A DNA stretch of 64,000 nt from Antedon mediterranea (taxonomy: Eukaryota; Animalia; Echinodermata). The position numbers were made by a program, and so were the translations under genes. Under the pieces are notes generated by a model. That model saw nothing but the letters and a program-made list of their open reading frames with translations. It had not been told where the DNA came from and searched no databases. This document shows positions 51,231 to 64,000 of this stretch, one piece after another. Location of the stretch: the NCBI RefSeq assembly GCF_964355755.1, contig NC_092679.1, positions 22,427,432 to 22,491,431 on the forward strand. Reading direction: 5' to 3'. Position 1 is the first letter of the stretch; each line of letters opens with the position of its first letter.

Positions 51231-51981
51231 GTGAGTTAGTTAAACAATCTTATTTTATGTTATGTATGAAGTATTATTATTTTCAAAAACAATATATTTT
51301 TTTAACAATGAATTTAAATTTACAGTGGGTCTTCTGAAATGTTACATTTGGATTTATTGCTGTAAGTATTCATTAATATTCCAGATCTTGCAGTATCAAA
51401 CAAAACATAATTTATACAGAATATCCCACTTTCCTATTAATATTTTTGCTATTTTATCGATTGTTCTTGTAAAATGATTTAATATTATCTGAGAACTGAG
51501 AAAACTCAGCCATATAATGATACAATTAAAAACTCAGAGCCACGGCTCTGTAATTATTAATATATATATATATATATATATATGGCTCTGTAAAAACTTA
51601 TAGTACAGCGCCATCTATTTTCAACTGTCAATCTTTTCGGTTTTGTTTACATAATACACCTCGTTCAATAAAACTTAAATATATTTTTTTATTATGCCAT
51701 ATTTACTTTATTAAACTGTCCAATTAATTCTATCAAATTTTCAAAATAATTATTTTCTCAGTGTTTATGTAAATAAGTTCTAACAAAATAAAGCTTACTA
51801 TTTGATAATATTCTATTCGATGAATAATTTCTAAGTTGTTGAAAAGACAAAAACAATTTATTTTAAAGGGCAGAGTTTATCATCAATTTAATTTTTAGCT
51901 CTGGGAAAATTATATTAGTTGCGTCATAATTATTTTTAATCAAAGTCTTTTAAAGTGTTTTTCAACGAGTTATTGATTACG

Positions 51982-54900
51982 ATGGCAGGAAAGTTCAAAG
52001 TAACAGAAACGAAACCGACATCGAAACGAATTTGTGAGGAGAAATTTAGCTGCTCTGGTGGTGAGGCAAAGTTTTGGTGTGAAAACTGTGGAAGTCGACA
52101 GTGCAGCCTGTGTGAAAGTCAGCTGCACGAATCACGGCCTAAATTTATGTTTCATGAACGGGAGGAAATAATACAGAACCAGTATCCAAAAGGGTTCCAT
52201 GTATGTGAAAAATGGTGTAACCCATATAATGCAGCGTCAGTGAGGTGTGAAGAATGCAGGGCTTTGTTTTGCGAAGAATGCAATAAACATTTTCATACTG
52301 GTAAACTGTCGAAACACCATCGTAAATTAATTCCAAAACCTGTACAAGCAGAAGAAGAGAATTTATTACTATTGTCGGACCCAGATGATGACGACATTCA
52401 AAAGATTCCGGAAGAAAACAGTTCCGATGATTTCCAAACTGGTATAGATTTTGACGATCAACTGCATTCGTTGACATCGTTACCGAATATAGAACAACCG
52501 TCAGATATTTTTACATTGTGTCCGCCACCAGGTCCATTTTTACAAACAACAAAGGGTGCAGCCATTCTTCGTCCAAGTGCAGCAACGTCAACATTTCTTG
52601 ATTGTGATTCGTCTGTAAAATCTTTAAAAAAAACGACCGAAGAACAAGATTTTGAAATGAATCAAAATCGTCAAGCGGCGGTCATCCAACCAAACAGTCA
52701 TTTATCATCGATGGATGAATTAGAAGCGGCGCTTCTTGACCTTGACTCTGGAAACATGGTTGACCATTTTTCAGAGTCTGAGAAAAAGAGCAGTCGACCA
52801 GTTCCGCGACCACGAACGAAGTCTACAAGTGAAAAAGACAAGGAGGACGCTTCTGATGAAATGACTGATCATCAGAATTTGAATCCCGGTTTTCTTCTGG
52901 TTAATGGCGATGAAAAACTTCAGGTGATTGGCAGTTTTCGTCAATTAACAAGCTAAATTTTTAAAATATAGGTCCGAGTTGCAAAAAGACATTGCAATAT
53001 TAGCAAGCTTTTGTTTCGGGACTGTAGACGAAGGACGAATGTTAAATTGAACAAATATAATCCTGATAATTAACGTAAAAGTGTATACTGGGATTATAAG
53101 CATGCGATTATAATCAATCTTTTTTCATCTCCCTTGTCTACCGTCCCAAAATAAAAGGTTGCCAAAAGTACAACTGCTGTACAAATTATTATAAAATTGA
53201 AATGAAAAAAGTTTTACAGGAAAAAATTGTATTCATTGGAATTCATTAAACTGCTTTAACTATATATATTATTGTAGAAGGTATGAAAGGCCCTTAATAA
53301 TGACTGTATTAATTTTGTTTAAATAGGTAAAGTCTGAATTGGACTTACTAGAAAAACTAGGATGCGAAGACCAAGATGTAAAGATTGTGTCAATATTCGG
53401 AAATACTGGCGATGGAAAATCCCACACTTTGAATCATACATTCTTTTCTGGTCAAGAAGTCTTTAAAACGTCCCATCTTCAAGAATCGTGCACAGTTGGT
53501 GTATGGGCAGCCTACGACAACAATCTCAAGGTCGTCACAATCGACACAGAAGGCCTGCTTGGTGTATCGCCCAATGAGAATCAACGTACTAGACTACTAT
53601 TAAAGGTACTTGCGATATCCGATATTGTTATCTATCGTACAAGAGCTGATCGGCTACACAGTGACCTGTTTCGCTTCATCGGAGACGCATCTTTAGCTTA
53701 TCAGAAACATTTCGATAAGGAGTTGAAAATAACAGTGAATCGGATTGGTGAGGATATATCGCTGTCTACCATTGGTCCAGCTGTTTTGGTCTTCCACGAA
53801 ACACAGCATACGGATGTGTTAGGTAAGCACTTGAATTAGGAACTTGTGACAGGAAGGCAAGGATGTTTACCACACCACCACAGTGCCATTACTATCCACA
53901 CTAAACCTATATAGTTTTAATAAGTTCAAATATCAACGGCACATCCTGGGGGAGTGCAAACATATATAATATTAATAGTCTGTCATATCAAAGTAGTTCA
54001 TAACTTTAGCGCCATTCCCACTCCCATTCTCTCACCAAATCGATCCACCCTGAATATTTTTTTTTTTTTTTAGTAGCACACATTTTTCTTTTCCCAGGAT
54101 TTGGTTCAGAAAAGTCAGCCGATATCCTCCTTCGTGAACGTTTTGAAAAAATGCATCTGGATGTCCGAGCGTTTAGTAGCCTCCATTACGTTGGAACGCG
54201 TACCAATAACTTGCCTACAAACTTCAACATACTCCGCGAAAAGTTGGAGGACCAGATCAAAGACAATACTGTGAGGTCGCCAAGACCAGTAGCTATTGTG
54301 TTCAAAGCACTGAGGGTAAATATTTCACTCCGGAGGTCAAAGGTTTTACCTCTTGCTGCCGACACAATCAGTTCCACGCCCCTTAACAGAAATTTAATCT
54401 TTCATACCATATTCAAAGAGGTCACACCACTAATTGTCAATTAAAACTCATGCATACCCGTAAAATCATTTGGCAATCAAACAACACCATTTTCTAAATT
54501 TCAGGTTTTAAATGAAAAGTTCAGTGGAGATATTGAAACTACGCAGCCAAAGACGTTTCCCGACGAATACTTCACGTGTACGAGTCGATGCTTAGCGTGC
54601 CAGAAGCGGTGCGTCAGGTCCATGAACCACAAAGACGAACTGGGACACGATACAGATGGGCGATGCAAGTATCTTCATCAGCATGACAATCGTGTATATA
54701 TTTGCAAGGTATTTCTATTTTTATAATGAGCTATAATTAAGTCGTTTGTGGCTGATCGGTTAAGGCATGGGCGCCGTTTACCGTACCTAAAAAGCTAACA
54801 ATATAGGTAAATACTTGTTTCTTCTTTAGGCCTGTCTAGAAAAGTGTGGTGAAGAAGTTGTAGTCGTGCCCAAGACCTCATCTTGTAATGACTCCGGCTG

Positions 54901-57159
54901 GGTCGGCCTAGCTAAGTACGCTTGGTCAGGGTATGTTCACATATTTCCTCATCTTTATCATTTCTAAAGTTAGTTTATGTTTAGTATAGCACTGTGCAGT
55001 TTAGAATTTATTCTATGCTAAAATAGAACCAAACATGAATGCTCAAAGCCCCTCCCCTTCCTTCCTCTCCCATTCTTCACCTCCCCCTCCCCCTTCTAAA
55101 TGTAAACTGCTATTAAAATCCATCTTATTCTTATGTTTCAGCTATTGGTAAAACACAGTTATTTTTTACCGATTCTGTCTTTTAGATATGTTTTGGAGTG
55201 TCCTAACTGCGGCATCATCTTCCGTAGTCGGCAGTACTGGTATGGCAATCAAGACCCAGTAGATGCCGCTGTCAGGACAGAGATTCGCCATGTGTGGCCT
55301 GGAGTAAGTCATTCAATTCGTCGCAAATCAAAAGTTATAAATACCATTAAAAGGCAATCTGAGAAGTAATCTCTTTGGCATCAGAGCAATGCATATTTTG
55401 GAGGATAGAGACACACAGTAAAGATGATACACAATATAAAATATTTTGTTATTTTTTAGGGTCACATGGTGCTGCAAGGTACGACTGATAATACGAGCAG
55501 AAAGGTGATTGATGGATTGTCATACTTGATCGACTCGGTCAGCTCTGTCAGTAAGAAACCGACCACTATGATAAGCGATTGGATATCAGACCAGATTGCA
55601 CCTACGTATTGGATTCCAAATTCACAGATTGTGGTAAGCTGAAGTTGGTACTGATCTCCAGTTTTCCCACAAAACATAATAACAATAATATAAAAATAAT
55701 AATACGTCGATATATATTATATAGCGCTTAATGCACAACGCCTCTAGGCGTTTCACATTATTATATTACCCTGGTTATGTTTTTGGATCAAGCACGTCTC
55801 GAAACATACTCCCATAATGTTGCAGTCGTAATCAGCGCAATTTTTTATTTGACCTATACCAAATATTGATGAACATACAACCATGCAAATACTGTACTAA
55901 CAAACAAAATAAATTACTAGACTACAAAACTTTCGATATGAATTTCCAAATTAGAAATGTCACAGACCACTTATTTCGTTTCATAGAATTGTCAAAAGTG
56001 TGAATTAAGTTTTGAAACCGACGAGAAAAAGCATCACTGTCGCGTTTGTGGTAATGGGTTCTGTGACGAATGTTCAAGTAAGAAACTACCGGTACCAGAG
56101 AAAGGATGGGGTGAAGCCCCGGTCAGGGTGTGTGATGACTGCTATGAGATACGATCAAAACAAGGTATACAACATTACAATACGATTCCCAAAGCCCTCG
56201 GTTTAAAGCTCTGTCTACACTATCAAATTTTATGTGACAAAAATATGTGATGTGCCGATATGGACATGTATCACTACCATATTTGGGCACGTCACACTTT
56301 TTTTGTCAAACTAATTTGATAGTGTAGCGAGAGCTTAATACCAACTGTAATAGCTGAAGTAACTCAAGCATGAGCAAGAGTCGCGTCAAAGAGATACTAC
56401 TGAACAATCTTCTATCCAACAAGTTACCATTTTATCTTCTTCAGTGTTAGAGGTCCAGGAAGATGGAACAGAACAGCCTCCAGTAATGGCAAGAAAAGTG
56501 GGTGAAGCATTTCAAAATACTTTAGGAATGGTGGCCAATGTGATGGTGTACCCAAAAGGTAAAATATTTACTTCAAACTGTCCAAACTTGGAATAATGAA
56601 ATATCTGGAGACTTTTAAATGCCTGGCCAAATCATAGAGTGCTATACATGCAAACATAGATTTGAAATCTTTGCCAATAGATAATGTATTTTCTGGCCTT
56701 TAGAAATACTGTACTGTAATCTATGGTAAATGTATGGGATGTTTTTGTATCCAGACGTATCGGGAGAAATTGTACCTTTAGGAGATGGGAGATGATTCAA
56801 AATATCTGATAATTGGGAGATTTTGAAATTCCATGTAATAGGTTGAAAACAACCAATAAACATATTAACCTGGCCCACGATTTTCTCTTCCGACAATAAA
56901 AATAATCTGGGTTTTCTCCAACAATTTAGATTATCTACTCGATGCAGCCAGGCCAGTTTACTGGGTACCCAATGAAGAGATAACCAATTGTATATGCTGT
57001 CAGAATGAGTTTACCCCCAAGATACGCATACACCACTGCAGGGCTTGCGGCCAAGGAGTGTGCGGAGACTGCTCTAAGAATACCAAGCCAGTGCCATCAA
57101 GAGGATGGGACCAGCCAGTAAGAGTCTGTAATAAATGCAATGAAAAAGAGAGTCTATGA
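51982..57159 (+). CDS. ZFYVE1: Double FYVE-containing protein 1 (DFCP1), about 924 aa, 10 exons
   Basis: Exons 51982-52923, 53327-53822, 54098-54315, 54505-54708, 54830-54930, 55186-55303, 55460-55633, 55987-56164, 56445-56558, 56930-57159. N-terminal B-box-like fingers, P-loop SIFGNTGDGKSHTLN, DTEGLLG, FPDEYFTC, and two C-terminal FYVE domains (KHHCRVCG, IHHCRACG). Confidence 0.96.
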
Positions 57160-58884
57160 TGAAGATGTATTTAAAAGCAATGTAAAGGGATTATTAAGTT
57201 TTCATTAAGGGCATGTTCAGACTGTTAAATGCAATAAATGGAGATTTATTATTAATGCCTTGTTCAGATGGCAGTTTCCATGAAATTGCTGGTCTGTCTC
57301 CGCTTCAACTTAACTATGTGGTCCGATACAGTAATTAATAATGACAATATTTGGTGTGGAAGCTATTGGCATGGTCGACTGTGCTTCAAATTTGCTTTTT
57401 CTTGTTGACATGGTCAACAATGCATCTAATTCAGTTTCTTTTGCCAACCCTGCCAATAGAAATCCATAAATTACACACACATGGATGACTGAACCACATG
57501 GATTATTACATTGTGTTTTCAATCCAATTTGCCATGAAGAAGTGTGCTTGGAAATAATGCAATTTTTCGTCAACGGTGTGTGTGTGATTTGATTGGTTTA
57601 ATGTTACGCATGTTTATTAGTACAGTATGATCATGTAACGAATGTTTTAAAGAAATTAAGTGAAGTTATTATTTGCCGATATTTTTTTTAGGATTGGGGG
57701 TGGGGAGGTTGGGTTCTCTGTAAAACACAAACATTTTATTTAACATAGTGTTATCTACGGTTTGTACTCTTCAAATAATTTTAAGGAAATAGACATAAAT
57801 GTAAGTCTATAAGTTACGGTAAAGTAACTAATATAATTCATTGGATAAAATATGCAATATATATGTAAATAATAATAATTTACATACAGTTAGAAGAATA
57901 TAATGAATTGATTTTATGTATAATTATCAACATTAATTTGTATCTTTCAAAATATTTTTTGTTTTATAAATTATGTACTGAAACAATATTAAGTGTATTT
58001 CAGATTTTAAAGTATTTAATCCAGTAATATTTATTACTTACTAAAACCACTTAAGTTCAGTTAGTACTTTCATTTTTACTATAAAATACATTTACACATT
58101 TAACTATATGTTATTGTGATCTTCACCTTAATCAGATTAAAAATCACAAAAAATTTTTAGTGGTATTGCATACATGCACACGTTTCATATAAAAGCTTGT
58201 CTCATACTTGATGCAAAGGAACGACGTACAGTAGGCACAATGCAAGTGAGCTGACCAATCACAAGTGGAAACTTTGGATGATCCATCATGTTGTGATTGG
58301 TCAAATTACTTGTAACACTTTTACGTCCTTGCGTTGCGTGGAAGTAGGATCCAACAAGCATTAATGGCCCTGACAAGCACTCCAAATCTGAAAATCCCTT
58401 CTCCATCAATGGGACAATCTTATCAGGTGAAAGATTAAAACAAATCTAACATGATTTTACAGTGCTGGCAATACTGCCAGAAATATATGTGTGTAATACT
58501 ATTTAACCAAATAGCTGTATGGCATTTTTCAGACATCTTTTTGGATATAACAATAAATATATACAACAATTATCAAGGTTTTCTTTTGTTTATTTATTCA
58601 TTCTTGAAAAAGGTGTACAATTTATCTATATATAATATAAATAAATTTTTTTTTAAATGATGCATTTAAAAAAGTTATTACATAAATAAAAGATATGGTG
58701 TGAATAATCATGATTAAAATGATAATAAAATATAAAATTTAAAAATTAACAAAGTAATAAAAGTTTTTTTTTAAAGACTAGGGCTACTATTCCTATTTAT
58801 GAGTACATAAAGTTAATGTCCATGTGTTGATGTTGAGGCAAGACAAGAGACGTATGGTATACCTGTCCAGTTACTTTTATATTA

Positions 58885-59063
58885 AGCGTGGTTCCCACTA
58901 GCGACGCAACACAAGGACGTAACGCAACGCAAGTGAATTGACCAATCACAAGCGATGGCTTATTCGCTTGTGATTGCTAACTGTCTATAACTTTGCTTGT
59001 CATTGGTTAAAACGCTTGCGTTGCGTTTACGTCCTTGCGTTACGTTCTAGTGGGAACCAAGCT
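58885..59063. mobile_element. MITE family A copy
   Basis: Near-identical to 3061-3239. Confidence 0.9.
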
Positions 59064-59285
59064 TAATACTAAAGATACAGTACTACAGCTAGTCTCTCAT
59101 AGGCTAGAACCCATTGGATTAATTTTGACTATTATTTTTTTCATGTTTTTAGTTCATAACAAAATAAAGTGAAAACATTATGCACATAGCAGTATAAACA
59201 TTTTCTCATTTGAATCACCCTTTGGTTCTGGTCGTTTAAAAAAATTGAAAGCTAACTATTATGAGGATAACCACAGTAACGAGGG

Positions 59286-62200
59286 TCATAACGAATACCA
59301 GTCCAGTTGCTTCTGTGTTGCCAGCAGAAGGCCAGGGCTTGCAGCCCAGTCAGTGGAGTAGATGATAGATGGTAAGGTCTGCTTGGAGGCTGGCAGAGGT
59401 GGTGGGATTGTGTTCAGTAGGTTGCCGGTATTCAGGCTCCACATTCTGGTGAAGCAATCCTGACCAACTATAGAAAAAAGAAACGCATATCAAGGCCACA
59501 GCAAGAGGTTAAAAACAGACAAGGCAAAAATGCTTTAAATATACAGTAATTATTGATATAAAATGACGATCTGTGCTGGGGAATAGTGAGTAGTGAAATT
59601 GAAAATTTCAGACGAGGCGAAAGATTATGGTAATTTTCCTTCCAGTGTAAATTTTGTCAGATTACATAAGAAAGTACAAAATATATGTTGTGTTGTTAAG
59701 TGTCCTGAAAGGTTTGTCTTTATTTAGAGGGGTCTTTAAAGGTAAACCAAATTTAAAAGCTTACCAGTGTAGAGAATATTTTCTGTTGAATCTATCTGGA
59801 AAGGTAAATGTCTAAGCTGATTGTTATTGCCATGGTATTCTCTAACAACGGCACACATTCTTATATCCCACATTTTTATCTGAAAAAATACAAAACATTC
59901 TACAGTATAATAAACAAAAAAATGGATTATGTAACCTACAAGTTAAGTGGGAAAAAAGAAAATACATTTTTTTATATTCAAGAAATTTCTTTAAAAAAAA
60001 ATGTACTACCTTTCCAGACATATCACTTGCAACGATATAATTTTCATCATTCAGAAGTTTCAGACAGCACACAGAGGTTTTGTGAAGGAGTGTTGATGCA
60101 ACATTTCTTCTGTGATTGGACGGAGTTCGAAAGTCAAAACTAAATATTTCACCACGTTTTGTTCCATTGTAGAGAAGTGGTGCCTGTGGAAAGTAAAATG
60201 GGTAAATTTAATTCTAATAATACTAATAAAATAAAGGATAACTCATAACAGCGACGAGTCATCTTTTCGAGAGAACATTATACATATTTAATTAGGACCT
60301 AAAAACTACGCCCGATGCTATTTCAAGACGATTCATCTGATCTTTACAAAGGTTTTCAGAAAGACATTTTTAAATAGTAAAAGCAAATTAGAAAGTCCTA
60401 GGCTACCAGTTTTCTGATAATCTAACACACTTACAGATTTAGCGAAGGCTTGACAGAAAACTTCAGTTCCATTAGTGTTTATTTTGGTCTTCACTGAGGT
60501 CATGATATCAACAACATAAGACTTTCTACCACCTTGGTTTTTTACAATGAAAAAAAAAAAAGAAATAAACAAATATGTTGCTATTCATTTTAATTCATTA
60601 TATGATGTGACATGATGTTTCCTTGTTAAATTGAATTTAATACTTTTTAAATTTAAGTGGTACCCACTTTTTTGTTGGCCCATGATTTTTCTCTTGGGGT
60701 ATTTGCTAAATTTTTAATAAATAAATAAATCTAACAGACTGCATTACAATAAATTATTTATTCAGTTAATCTATTTACTAGGTGGTGATTTTGTAGGAGC
60801 GGATCCCGGTGCTTGCATTAAGGGCGCGCACTTCCCACTTTTGACAGCGAAAGTGAAATTATGAACAACAAATTACCAACACAAAGGTGATTAGGAAACA
60901 TTTTGTTATAACTCCATGACGACGTCCAAACCATGCCGTATGCGGATTGGTTGTACAGAATAACATGAAGCGAGTTAGGACTTCGCTCAAACAGTTGTAT
61001 TTGACTTGTGTGACCACCAGATATTGTGTATCTATTTTTAGATTTAGGAATATAATATCATTCATATTACACTATACTATGTATACAGTCAATTCTTTGC
61101 TGTAACCTTTGACCTGATAGAGATACAGGATAGTAGAAAGGGACATTTTTAGTTTAGTAATATTTCATAGCAATATAATACCTACTGTACCATTCATAAT
61201 ATTTAATTGTACAGTATAAGTAAATGAATTGTTGTAACCTTTGACATTTTAAGGTCATTGATAATAGTTTATTTTACAATTGGTGAGTCCTGTCTTCATT
61301 CTGAACGTAGGGGAATAAGCTGTTAGGAGCTCATTGTACTAAGCCTCGGCATTATATGGTAGGGTGGCCAGTTCCTTTCCACGCTGCCTTTTTTCTCCCT
61401 AGTATTTTCAACTAGGTACTCATTTACTGGGGGTTGTCGGGAATTGAACCCGGGTCTATCTGTATGTCAAGTGTCCTAACCACTCGGCTATCCAACTCCA
61501 CAGTACAATAAAAGGATACAAAATATGATTGTCCTGATTCTCATCCACAGACACCCAGCTTGCACTTGTAACCTTTAATGCAAAAAACCTAATAATAACT
61601 TCTAACTGTACATGAACAACAGTATATTAAGAGAAGGTAGCAGGTCAAGTTGGCCTCACATCAAGACGGCCTCACATCAAGTCGGCCCCAAGTCAAGTTG
61701 GCCCTCACATCAAGATGGCTTCACATCAAGTAAGCCCCAAGTCAAGTCGGCCCCAAGTCAAGTCGGCCCTCACATCAAGTCAGCCCCAAGTCAAGACGGC
61801 TCTAAGTCAAGACGGCTCTAAGTCAAGCCGGCCCCACATCAAGTCGTCCAAAATTCAAGTCATCCTCAATTTTTTGGATAGTTATATAAAATACCTACCT
61901 TTGAACATTTTGTTCCAACACAGTTTATTTTTTTCCAGTTTATAAGATCGATTTGCGACGCATTGTGTTTGTTTGTAGTAACAGTAGCCTGCCAAAACCT
62001 AAGTGATATGGCAAGTGATAATGCAATTAAATTATATTTAAATCAGGTGGCATAAATATTTATAAAACCTAATTCAAAATGAGTCTATAGAAAGTTTGAT
62101 AAATGATAGATGTATATATTATTTATATATAAATAGATAGAGCAATATACCTATGGAAGCGACTATCAGATATTATTGTTAGGATTTTCTCTTGGTGTTT

Positions 62201-63823
62201 ATCCGTCTGAAATAATAAACAATAAATGAACTTAAAAGAAAATTTTGACAAGAACAGAAAATTATGAATGGACTTGTGAATTGCAAGTACAGGTATTGAA
62301 ACCGAGGTACGGCTACAATTAAACTTGACCAGAACACTTTCCCAAAGAAGCACTGGTTTACTGAACGTCCTTAGTCGAGAAAACTTTTCAAACCGCCAGA
62401 ACTTGAAAATGTTCCGATATAAACTTGACACAACTAAAATTTAAAGTTAACACCAACCTGTAGTACATTCATGTATCCAGGCTCTCCATAGCGAACTGTG
62501 TCAGGACATGTTAATATTTGGTGGGATGATTGTGTGGACATCCTGGCAACACATGCTTCATGGCACTGCCTAAAAAAACAAACCATTATAAACGATGCTC
62601 TACATATAGTTAGTGTAAAAAACAGCTACTAAAAATTGACATTACCTTTCATATGATAAAGATGACAATTTTCCTTGTTGTCTTTGGTTGAAAATTAGAT
62701 TTATGGACGGAATTGTAGATGTCTTCATAAAATCATTCTAAAATGAAGAACGTATTCTTATCTAAATTGGTATTGATCAAAAATAAAAAGTAATGCATGC
62801 TCTTATAGTAACGACAACCCAATACATTTTAATAGTTTAAAATGAATGATAAATTGAATAATGATAAATAAATTGTGTAAAGCAATTATTTTTACAAGTC
62901 ATATTTTTGCAATTACTTGTAAAAGGAGTAGTTCTACTGTATAGCTTCCTAAACTCAAAACTCACTGGGGAACTTTGGTCATGTATGCTGTTTGAGTGTA
63001 ACAGTTCTAGCCGTCTTTTTTCTGCCTCTTTCTTTCGTATGTTCTCTTCACTGTAAGGATTGTTGGTGTTATGGCCTTGAAAAACTCGGAAATATCGATT
63101 TTTAACAGGATCGTAATAAAAACCTGGAATATGTAAGATTTAGTTAAGAAAAACTAAACTTTTAGTATGATGTTTTATTTTAAATAACTTTGAAAGGTTT
63201 GTGAACAATTTTATTGTTAGAGCATACCAAAAAGGGTTTATGGGGGCGTGTGTGCCAATTACAATATTAACCAAAACCCTCTTTTATGCTACTGTACTTC
63301 AAAGGATATGTCTTCCAATATTTGATGAATTTGACGATGTTATTGCTGATGACGCACCATTTCTTTCATTGCACTGCCCTCTACTAATTGCCTGCTGATG
63401 GTCTTGACTACCACTGTTCTTGGAACTAGACCTTGGCTGGTGTTTTATGCTATCAGACGTCAGCCTCTCGTTACTACCATGGTGATAATCTTGCCTAGGA
63501 CTAGGCCCTAGCTGTTGATGTACGTCCTCCTGCATCAGCCTCTCCCTACCACCCTGATTCTCTTGCCTAGGACCTCTCTGTTGATAATCCAAGTTTTCAC
63601 TCTGCATCGGCCTTTCCCTGCCACCATGAACGAGATGCCCTGAGCTAGGACCTGCCTGCCCCTCCCCATTGTGTGTTGCATTCCTCCAGTGCATTCTTCG
63701 TTTCCTTCCCTCGGTTCTTGACTGTTCATTAATGTTAGGCCTTTTACTATCGACATCATCATTATTTCTTGTGTAGTTATCTTCTCTCTTATTTCGCCAT
63801 GTCCACCACTGCTTCTTTGGCAT
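59286..63823 (-). CDS. DCAF4: DDB1- and CUL4-associated factor 4 (WDR21)-like WD40 protein, about 605 aa, 12 coding exons
   Basis: Exons 63310-63823, 62966-63132, 62646-62737, 62458-62569, 62151-62206, 61899-61998, 61520-61572, 60877-61031, 60435-60532, 60010-60183, 59765-59879, 59286-59467. Motifs IPGFYYDPVKNRYFR, APLLYNGTKRGEIF, ASDMSGKIKMWDIR (WDxR) and VGQDCFTRMWSL. Confidence 0.93.
61032..61519 (-). other. U12-type GT-AG intron in DCAF4
   Basis: Donor GTATCCTTTT. Branch-like TTCCTAAAT about 10 nt before AG, with no polypyrimidine tract. Phase restores ...NHIL-YTISGG. Confidence 0.8.
61300..61497 (-). mobile_element. tRNA-derived SINE (CORE-like remnant)
   Basis: On -: A-box ATAGCCGAGTGG and B-box GGTTCAATTCCC, then GTAAATGAGTACCTAG. 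Confidence 0.6.
61642..61862. repeat. Short-unit (about 15-16 bp) tandem repeat
   Basis: Repeated TCAAGTCGGCCCCAAG / CCTCACATCAAG motifs. Confidence 0.85.
63133..63309 (-). other. U12-type AT-AC intron in DCAF4
   Basis: Donor ATATCCTTT, branch site TTTCTTAAC 10 nt before the end, acceptor TAC. Splicing gives in-frame NIGRH-IPGFYYDP. Confidence 0.9.
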
Positions 63824-64000
63824 TTTCAAAAAAAAATCTAATCTATGAATCTAAGTTTTTCTCAAAATCTGTAAGAGAATGTTGAAAAATGGAAAAATCA
63901 TAAGAAAAAAGAAATATTGTACTTTTACTCATTGAAACATTAATAAAATATTTTATTAGTTTAAGGTACTAACTGGACAAGAATATGAGTACAGTAGGCC

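Overview
AT-rich, intron-rich animal genomic DNA, probably from an invertebrate deuterostome such as an echinoderm (inferred from gene structures and repeat types). I assembled eight spliced protein-coding genes by hand from splice sites and reading-frame phase. In order they are: a divergent 14-3-3 (5' part, -), an SLC5A3/SMIT-like sodium:solute symporter (-), a secreted ML-domain protein (-), ZFYVE19 (-), histone H3.3 (+), NXF1/TAP (-), ZFYVE1/DFCP1 (+) and DCAF4 (-). Introns and spacers hold many MITEs, foldback elements, SINEs, a LINE fragment, Helentron-like elements and minisatellites. The main highlight is the NXF1 'cassette' intron (110-nt exon / intron / 37-nt exon). It contains a hairpin matching the retroviral and vertebrate NXF1 constitutive transport element (CTE), which suggests an NXF1 intron-retention and export feedback loop outside vertebrates. 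Also notable are two minor-spliceosome (U12) introns in DCAF4 (one AT-AC), a convergent ZFYVE1-DCAF4 pair as in human, a three-level nested transposon in NXF1 intron 1, and an unclassified hairpin repeat sitting about 20 nt after splice donors. No database searches were run; homology statements rest on recalled motifs.
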